Of a stretch of DNA of 64,000 nucleotides, positions 55,031 to 64,000 are shown in pieces. A program made the translations under genes and the position numbers. The notes under the pieces were generated by a model, which was given only the letters and a program-made list of their open reading frames with translations, made no database searches and was not told where the DNA came from. Position 1 is the stretch's first letter. Each line of letters begins with the position of its first letter. Source of the stretch: the human T2T-CHM13v2.0 reference genome, Homo sapiens; NCBI RefSeq assembly GCF_009914755.1, contig NC_060942.1; one strand, written 5' to 3'.

Positions 55031-57119
55031 TCTCCTATGCCTCTGTATGCCTCTCTCATGTCAGTGAAAACACGAAGTTGTTATCCGACCTACCTGGTTC
55101 CAGCGACCCTGAGCAAATTATATAACTCTCAATGCCAAAAACAACTCAAACACAATGCAAACATCAACAAGTTTCCCTCTCACACAGCCAACTATTTTTT
55201 TTCTGAACCTCTGTTAATCTGCTTGGTGACACTTTTGGTTCCGCATACCCTTCTGATGACAAGGAGAGCTGGAGTACTTTAGGGAATGCCCAACACAGCA
55301 GCTTATGTGCAAAGATCGTAGCTGACTGATAACATGAAGGCTCTGGGTCAGAATGGTGCTGCCTAAAGTCATTGTTTTTGCTTATATCTATGGAGCTCCT
55401 GTCATCTTGTACTCTAGCAATGATGTAAGAACAAGACTTACATTTTCCTTTTCACTCTTATAAGTGGCTCTCATATTTAGCTATAATATTTTCCAACTTC
55501 TTATGTTGACTATTTTACAAACATAATTTGTGTCAAGTTTAGAGCTGAAGCATGTTCACTTTTTACATTTGTTAGAAGTCTTTCCAAAATATCCACAATT
55601 CATTTCTTAGCTTTTTCTAGCAGAGAACATTTCTGGGTGCTGAAATACTGATTTGGAACTGTCTTTGACTGAGGAATTGGGGGATTGTTATGGTAATTGA
55701 ATCTAGAAATCATATGCACCAGCTTTTCTCAGTGTATATTGCTTCCAAATGAAGTAATCCTAAGAAAACATTTGTTGTAACCTTCAACAGAAATTTGATC
55801 GCAATTTGAGAAAGAGGATCCAAAAAACTTCACTGGTCAGAGTGTGAATGACTTTCTCTGAATTACAAAGGGTTAAAAGCCATTAACTCCAGTGCATGGC
55901 TATGCTAGTTTCATTTAGCACAGTGAGAGGACACATACAGCACCTCTCATGTCAGCTCATTAAATTACCAAAGCACAGGATCTGCATCCTACGGTCTTTG
56001 TAAGTGAAGGTATTATAAATTTCTGACATCGCCTACAGTCAGACATTAAAGGAAACGGCCTTTCATTGTTTCTCACTTATAGTTCACAAATACAACCCAG
56101 GCAATTTAGGAAGAAAATGAAAGACTAAATAACGAAATGCCAAATTACAATTTGTAGACTTCGATCTTGATGTGCCACTGCTGGATTGGGCTCTTTAATA
56201 TTCTACAACGCCTGTGACAACTACTTCTCCAAGTGTTGGATATGTAATTTCGATCTCTTTTTCTCTGAATCTTTGTACCTTTTAGTCTAACAACAAAGAG
56301 GAACAAAGATCCTAATTATACCCATAATCATTATTATCTGAAGAAGTTCCCAGTAATTAAATTTTAAAGAAAATTTATTTAATGAGCTTTCTACAGTCAC
56401 ATCCAAGCAATACACATTCAAGTAGATAGTGATTAGTATGAAATAGCACTAATTTGAATGACTTGATAAAAGCTCCTACTTCACTACTATGTTTTTAATA
56501 ATTGTGTAATTACATAGAGAATTATTCCTGTAAATATCGCTTGTTTTATATAGAATGGAGGACATGAAGATGTGTTCTATCTGAAGCAAATTTCCAATAT
56601 TTTGAAGCTGTATCTTCTTGTGTCAGCTAAAAAGTTAATATGTACATCTTAATTACACAAACACACACACTCTCTTGCATGGAATATACACCTTTCATTT
56701 GCATGAGTTAAGAAAAAGTGCTTAGCTTAGAAGAAGCAGAGGTGGGGGAAAAATAAATCTTCTCTGAAGGAGTGCATGGTCATTACCAGTGAATGAAAAT
56801 GAAAAGCATATTTCAGCGAACAACTCCTAATTATCCTGTAAGAGAGGCACGATAATTGACATAGACTATATCGGTGTTGTTGCATCTATATCATTTCCAG
56901 TGATTCATGGAGCTTTAGAAATGTTATCATGTAATATTGTGCATTTGTTCTTTTTATTTGAGGGCAAACTAAAATGCTGATCTTAAATACAATTGTAGAA
57001 AGATGAACTACAGCTCAAAGCAGGCCTCCTTCATTTGAATATTTTACTTGCACATCACGAGGCTGAGATACTAAAGGATACCAGGTATACTCAGATAACT
57101 GTTATAAGACACAATGAGA

Positions 57120-57265
57120 CAAAAGGGACGTTTACTAGTCAAGGACTCTATCACTAATTAGATGGTATCAACTTGAGCCAATCACTCGCGTTCTCTGGGC
57201 CTCAGTTTCTTCATCTGTAAAATGATAAAATTGGAGATCTGGTTTCTAAGGACACTTCGAACTTT
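57120..57265. mobile_element. MIR SINE
   Basis: tctctgggcctcagtttcttcatctgtaaaatg. Confidence 0.75.
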
Positions 57266-60200
57266 CAACTGCAATTTATCTTAATATCACTAGCTCTATG
57301 ATATATCTTATTTAATTTAAAAAATAGAAACATCTCCCTGGGTATTTCCCTTCTTTCTAAAATGATAAATAAAAGCAACTATGTATTGCTTTCAAAAGGA
57401 AACGTTTGAATGCAAGTCATCTAATTCAGCTGTAGGTACCAAAATGTTTACTTAACATTTTATTCTATACCTCAATGATACAATTTCAATTAATTTTTAA
57501 AATAGGCAATACAAAGAGACAATATTTAAAAAGAAGAAAGCAAATATGATACATATGACATAAAGTTTCGATGTCATGAAAATAAAATTAAAATGGTCCT
57601 GCATTCCTAACTCCTACCAAACTCTTCTTTTCACCCATGCACAATTCTATCCCTGGAGAAATGGGGCTGGGGTAGATGTAAGAAGATGAAAGCTTCTAAT
57701 GTAATTGGAACCTAGCTTCTCACATGCTGACATTTGTCATAAGAAGTAATTGGCCATTGTTGGTGCAGTCTTTAACCTACAAGGAGATATTAGTGGTTTC
57801 AGTGCTACCAGAGTGGATAAAGAGAAACTGAGTAACTCACGGCAACGCCATAGGACTCAATCCCAGAAGGAAAGTTAGTGTGGGTCTAGCCCATCTGATT
57901 TGCCACAGGATCCTTGGACCTGCCAGGGAAAGCATTGCTGATCTTGATCTGGCCCCCTGTGATTATGAATCATTAGAATTCCTCTTCTGGTCAACACAGA
58001 CATTACCCTCATTACTGATACCGACATGACACAATGGAGATATTTATATCTCCTAGAAAGTCCATAGTTTTCCTAAGCTGAAATGCAGGCTGAGAAGAGA
58101 GGTTTTATCACCATTTATCTTAGTATCTTAGTAAATATGAGGGCAGAGCATCCTGTCTGAGGTCAGACCATTCACTTGATTCACTTCGACTTTTAGCAGT
58201 CCAGGACTTGGTCATTCACTCAGGAAATAACCTCAGGTTAAGCTAATAACTTGAAGTTTTCAAGCACAAATCTAAAACTTGTTGGGTATCTATCTAAGCT
58301 TAGAAGAATTAAGGAACACATCTTAGGCATTATCAGCTTGTCCTCTCTGTGTGGCTCTGACTGAATTGTAATTTTTGAAACCAATTTGGCAGCCATCTTA
58401 AGATTCCAGAGACACCTGTCATTCAAGCCAGCATCCTTAATCAAAGTTGGGCAAAGGACCAAGTGATAAGGAGACTGTTAAATTATTCTCTCTTAGGCAG
58501 AATCCATGTAAAAAGAGGTCCAGTTAGATCAGCTCTCCAGTTTGGTGTGATCCTTTCGTGGAAGTTTTTTCAGGCTTCATAAAGAACAGCACCCTCAAAA
58601 TAGAGCCAGATAAAAAGACAAAAATTAATCTTCAAGAATTATAGATATTAAGAATTATGTGGAGTGTCTGCCACTTAGGGTTTTCTGCTTCTTTAAGTTC
58701 ACCTTCAAATTGATAGTTGAGAAAGATGTTAACTACTCTCAGTCCAAAATTATATTTACATTTGCTTTAAGTTCCATAACTACCACATTTCACATAATTG
58801 TGTATTAGGGCACTAAGCTTCATTTTTAATGTGTTTCGTGAGTTCTTAAGATGTGAAAAAAATAACATGTCACAAATACGGCAATTCATTTGAAGATAAA
58901 ATTTGGATAAGGGAATTTTCTTTAGTAAATACATTATTTGAGCAGGCTAGATTCAATACCAATCATCTTCAGATTTTCCTGTTTAATCTCAAAAATAAAG
59001 CAGGCAAATTTAAAAAGAAGAAGAAGGATCCTGAAAATAAGATAAGTTTGAGAGCAATTTGTTGGTGATGTTGAGGAGCCGCCACTTTCCTGGCTGATTT
59101 TATTTTCTATGCCCATGATGTGTGAGAAAAATGCCAGCGCAGAAAAAATAAAAGCGGAAGAAAATGGATTTTGATTAGTAAGGAAATGGTACTGATTGTG
59201 AATTTCCAGTTCATCTCATTCTTCTGGCTTCCATTTCAAATGTCTTTTCTTGCATGTTTTATGCTCCCTGAGCTGTTAATGTACCCTAATTAGTTGGTTC
59301 TGCTTTCAACTCAGGCATTCACTACCTATACCTGTACATCCTCATCTCTCTTATTACTCCACAATCTTTTGATGCAGGCAGTTATTTAGATATGCTTTCT
59401 ATCAAGTCCCCAAGATTCCCTGAAAAGATGTCTTTCTTGCAGCTCATCAGGATACCTAATAGCACATTCAACTTCATGCAATTCAATTCCATGAACATTC
59501 CCTGAGCGGCCTACTATGCACTAAGCAGCTGGTCAGTAATAGCCGAGAAGCTGGGGGTCTCAATCTGGTACAGGCCTGCCTCAGTGGAACTTCCTGCGGA
59601 ATATTCTTACCTCTGACACCTCATTTCTCTTAATCTCATCATCAACCTCACATTTTAAATAAACAGAGGTTTAGACTATTTAGCAATAAACTGTTCCACA
59701 ACTACGTAGAGGCCAGACTTCGTACTGGGAAGTATACCCACACAAGGACCAGAACAATGTACCATCACCATTCAGTGTCTGAATCTAGTGACTCGGTTAG
59801 TTGGCATTTAATTAGTTAATAAACAGACCGTTTCATTGAGAGCATGCATTAGCATCTAACACCGGCTGGCAGACGAGCCTTCTTGATTGATTAAAATATA
59901 CATTTAAATACATTCCCTTAATTTATATCAGTCGCAAAGTGAAGCAGTTATCTTTATAACTGAGAGCATTAGCGTAAATTATTTAGTATCTTCATTCTAA
60001 TTTGCACCATATTATAATATCTATCTTGATCTCAGAACTAAATAAGTCATCTCTCCCAAATCATAAGCACACCGTGAGTCCCAAGATTTTCATAGCACTT
60101 TTTGATCTGCCTCGCAATTTTTCCAAAGGGTACTGGAACTCCAAGGATTAGCAGTAGATTACTTTAGCAGAGAAAATGAACTTTTGAAAATGCTGTGGTC

Positions 60201-60579
60201 ATTTTCATAAGAATGTGAATCTTAGAATCTGATCTATCTTTATTTAAATATGTTATCATGAATTGAATATAGAAAACTGTCTGAGCTCTCTCAAGATGTA
60301 AGGGTGCTGTTTTCTTTTTTTTTTTTTTTAAATCATTGTTGATGTTTTTTGTCTGTTTCTAATCACTATAGAAAAATCCTTCTATCACTAATCACTTATG
60401 AGAGCCGATTATGTGACTGGCTTTGTAATGAGCTCCATAGACAGGATGGTATAAAAGAAAACACAAGATTTAACTGTAGTCATGTTAGAAAGATGAGACA
60501 TACAAGAGGTATGTTGAGAAAAAAGGAAATATTATGTAGTGTTATTTCTGCAAATATAGGTAAGTGAAACACTTTTTCA

Positions 60580-60990
60580 AAATAATTTTTGCTGATAACA
60601 AAATACATATTGACTATAGAAAACCTTAAAAATGCAGAAAAGTACCAAGAAAAAAATTAAATTACCCATAATATCATTCAAAAATAATCATTATCAATAT
60701 TTTGGTGTTTCACATCTTAGATTATCTGAACATATTTTTTTTACAACTGGAATTGTACTAGGCTTACTTTTTTATAACCTTCTTTGCCCCTTTAATGTTT
60801 TATTATGAACATACTCCCATGTTGTTAAATTCTATTCTAGAATCTTTTTGTGGCTGAATATTAATCTATCATGTGTATACAACATAATGTATTTAACCAA
60901 TTCTCTCAGTCTAATATTTTTATAATTCATTCTTTGAGAGTATTTAAAGTAAGACTTTAAGTGAATCTTTGTCCACATTCATACTTAGGG
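60580..60990 (-). mobile_element. Old L1ME-type fragment
   Basis: aaattacccataat...tttttgtggctgaatatt...cataatgtatttaaccaattctc. Confidence 0.7.
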
Positions 60991-60998
60991 AAATATAT

Positions 60999-61683
60999 TG
61001 TGATAGATATTACTAATGCTCATCAATATCCCATTCCTCTCTATTGCATAGGCAGTTGGAAGAGAGCACTGCCAAATTCCAAATTCCTACTTAGAAAGGG
61101 TCATATAGGCCAGGCACAGTGGCTCACACCTGTAATCCCAGCACCTTGGGATGCCGAGGTGGGCAGATCCCTTGAGCCCAGGAGTTCAAGATGAGCCTGG
61201 GCAACACGGTGAAATGAAACCCCATATTTAAAAAAAATACAAAAATTAGCTGCACATGGTGGTGTGCACCTGTAGTCTCAGCTACTCAGGAGGCTGAGGC
61301 AGGAGGACCCCTTGGGCCTGGGTGGTCAAGGCTGCGGTGAGCTGTAGTCCTCACTGGACTCCAGCCTGGGTAACAGAGTGAGATCTTGTCTGAAAAAAAA
61401 AAAAGGGGGGGTCATGTGACTCATTCTGAGTCAATGGGCAGAAACATTTAATAGCCAGGGCATGATTTATCACTCTTCTCCAATTGTAGTAACTGATGAA
61501 ACCCTGTGTTCCAAATGGTGCAGTAGCACTGAGGAGCCTCATCTTGCTAGGTCCCAAGTACAATAGGAATACAATAGAAGCAGAGCCCCCTGACAATTTA
61601 GTGAGAGATAAACTCTGTGTCAAATCACTGAGACTTTGAGTTGTTTATTTCTGCAGCATAACTTAGCTAGCCTGGCCAATACA
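60999..61683. mobile_element. MLT1-type LTR interrupted by AluJ
   Basis: TG...CA termini; gggtcat|gtgactc across the Alu; ends cactgagactttgagttgtttatttctgcagcataacttagc...aataca. Confidence 0.75.
61108..61404 (+). mobile_element. AluJ
   Basis: AluJ diagnostics; GGGTCAT is repeated at both ends. Confidence 0.92.
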
Positions 61684-61894
61684 TGCATTAATATTTTTAT
61701 CAATACTGAAATCATGTAATACATTGAGATTGGGTTTCCTTTTGATGTTTGACAGTGATAATATTAGCCATAGGATTTCAGTTTTCCCTTATAACTTGAC
61801 ATTATCCTCAGAGACTTTATTGAGCATTTATTATGTGGCAGACATTTTTTAAGCACAATGCATATATTAACAACTCATAAGTTATACCAAAAGA

Positions 61895-63555
61895 AATTCA
61901 TTCCTTCTTTCAACAAATTATTCAACAACTAAGGGTGAAGCATTGTGTTGGGTGCCCTATGGCTTATGAATTTAGAAAACATTTACATTCAAAAGTACTT
62001 CCCAGCTCAATAAAAGAAAAGAGACACACACCAATGGCCATGAAGGTAAACAGAGTGCTAAGTGTCACATGAGGACTCCACACCAAATGCGATAGGAGCT
62101 TGGAAGAGAGGAACCAGACATACTTTCTAGCTGGAAGGTAGGATTTCAATAGATGAAGTAACAAGGAGGTCAGGTCAGATAATGGGAATCCCAATACTAG
62201 TACATATAAAGAAGAACGATGAAATGTCAGAAAGTTTGAGTAGTTTAGATTAACTAGATTGTAGGGTTTATTTTTAGGAAGATTGTCAGAACGACCAGAA
62301 ATCAGCTTGTAGCAGCCCAAAAGGCACAATCATGAATGCAAGCCTAAGGAAATCTTATTTGATGCATTACTTATTGAGGAATTTTAGGAAAAAGTTTGAG
62401 TAAGTGAGTTGCAAAATTGGATTTATTCTTTAGGATGTATAAACAAACTCAGACATGTGAAGTAGAGTGGAAAGGGAGAGAGTGTAGACAGGAGTTTCTA
62501 ACCATGGTTGCACACTGGAATCTTCTGGGGAACATTAAGAAAGATTAATGCGCTGACCCACCTCCTAGAGATTCTGATGTAATTGGCTTGGCTATAGCCT
62601 GGGGATCACGTGTTTTTAAAGCACCCCAGGTGATACATACATCTAGTGCTGGCTGTTAACCATTGAGAAGGTGATTGAAACATTTCAGCTGTGATAAAAG
62701 AGGGTCCTGAACTAGGAAAGTGAAGGTGTGGATGGAGTGCACTGATTTAAACAGGAGCTGAAGGAGAAAATATAGGAAATGATGTCTTCAAAATTGCAGG
62801 ACCAAGTGCCCAGGAAAAAGAGAAAATTGTAACAAAGAGAGGACAGTCAGAAGCAAGAGCTTACTTGGGAAGGAAGACAACAAGTTGAGTTTTGGCTACC
62901 TTGACTTTTTAGTGCTGGTGGATGATCCTATTAGAAACTAAGATTTCAGGGCTCAGATGTAGGTGAAGAAATCAATCATTTGGAATTAGGTCACGGTTGA
63001 CATGGGAAAGTTGAGCAAAAGACAGGACACTAAGACAGATGTCTGAGAACAGAGAGAAGACAATTCATAGACTGAAGTGTCCAGAGGCTTGTAGGCCAAC
63101 CAGGATAGTGGAATATAATCAACACTAATAAAAAAGAGACTGTTATAGAGGAGAAGACTGATGAATGCTACAGGAGAGGTAAAGGGGATACTGGCCAAGG
63201 GAAGATTACAAGATTCAGGGAACAGGAGACATTGGGGACCTTTGGAAACCATTTCAGTGAAGTTTAGAGTCAGATTCCAGATTAATCATGGTGATGACAG
63301 GAACTATAGATGTTTGTTACAGGGTGGAAACCAAAAAATGGAATCACAGGTCAAGGAAGTAATAGAGCAGATAAATAGTTTTAACAGAAGAATGAAAGAA
63401 ACAAAGAGAAGGAGGATGTTGAAGATGCTAGCCATGGAGGACATAATTCAATGGGGAAAAGGTCCCAGAAAAGAAGAGAAAGAAGGGATATGGAGTACAT
63501 GTACAAGAGCTGGATTTGGAAGGGAAGGATTCTCTTTTCTAAAAGAGAAGAGGGT
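61895..63555 (-). mobile_element. L2 fragments with a nested MER5-type element (about 62490-62670)
   Basis: Purine-rich antisense L2 starting attcattccttctttcaacaaat; MER5 text ctggaatcttctggggaac...gagattctgatgtaattgg...ccccaggtgat. Confidence 0.7.
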
Positions 63556-63558
63556 CGA

Positions 63559-64000
63559 TGTTGGGGTACAGAAAATGATTCCCAAGAATATGGCACTTTT
63601 GCACACTGAGTGCTTTGAAAGACCCTGGAAATAAACCTCAGAACAAAGGGCTCTCTCCTGCCTTCCTTCACCTCCCTGTCTCTCAGATCCTCTTTCACAA
63701 AGCACCTGGAGGGACCCTCTGGAATTTCTTTATCTGACTAAGAAAGCTTTTTTTCCCAAAACAAATGCAGTTATCTTAACACCCCCTCCCTAGGAAGCTC
63801 ATCAAATAACCAGGAAAGATTAACAACCAGAGAAGAGAAGAGACTGGGCATCATCACCATGCCCAGACAGACTTTTCATCTGTTGTCCTGAGGGCAGCTC
63901 CAAGAGATTACTTGGAGGACTTTATCTGCATAATAAGACAACCTGTGTTCCTGTGGAGTTCTGCCCTTCACCTTCCATAACTTGTCTATCTCAACCAGCT
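63559..64000 (+). mobile_element. ERV1-class LTR (MER39-like), running off the window
   Basis: Starts TGTTGGGGTACAGAAAATGATTCCCAAGAATATGGCACTTT; contains ctcatcaaataaccaggaaagattaac...cccagacagacttttcatc...actttatctgcataataagacaacc. Confidence 0.75.

Noticed and set aside
54823-55282. Poly-Pro, poly-Ser and poly-Gly ORFs
   Set aside because: All three arise from one (CCT)n/(GGT)n low-complexity tract, with no recognisable domain.
63161-63705. 157-aa ORF and overlapping antisense ORFs
   Set aside because: They span purine-rich L2 sequence and an LTR junction, so the openness is compositional.
46797-64000. MER20 plus MER39-like LTR as the decidual prolactin promoter arrangement
   Set aside because: The elements are about 16 kb apart, no PRL exons are visible, and both families are abundant.

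Overview
Primate (most likely human or hominoid) nuclear DNA, intergenic or deep intronic: AT-rich, CpG-depleted and repeat-dense. Repeats include a near-full-length Tigger1, about 16 Alu/FLAM elements, old L1/L2/L3/MIR fragments, MaLR and ERV1 LTRs and MER DNA transposons. I can support no intact protein-coding gene, RNA gene or CRISPR array; the ORF track is explained by repeats and chance. The unusual signals are insertion and repair scars. (1) A 67-bp mitochondrial COX1 fragment is inserted cleanly into an AluS (43784-43850). (2) About 1 kb away, a second AluS is split by a copy of a 248-bp segment from 3.3 kb upstream, in which a new microsatellite arose. (3) There is an older 59-bp dispersed local copy (8256/10390), a twin-primed L1PB with a duplicated 3' junction, and a 44-bp VNTR inside MER20. 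A strong CTCF motif and a GGAA/G4 tract are also present. Repeat subfamily names come from recalled consensus sequences, not a search, and coordinates of old repeats are approximate.
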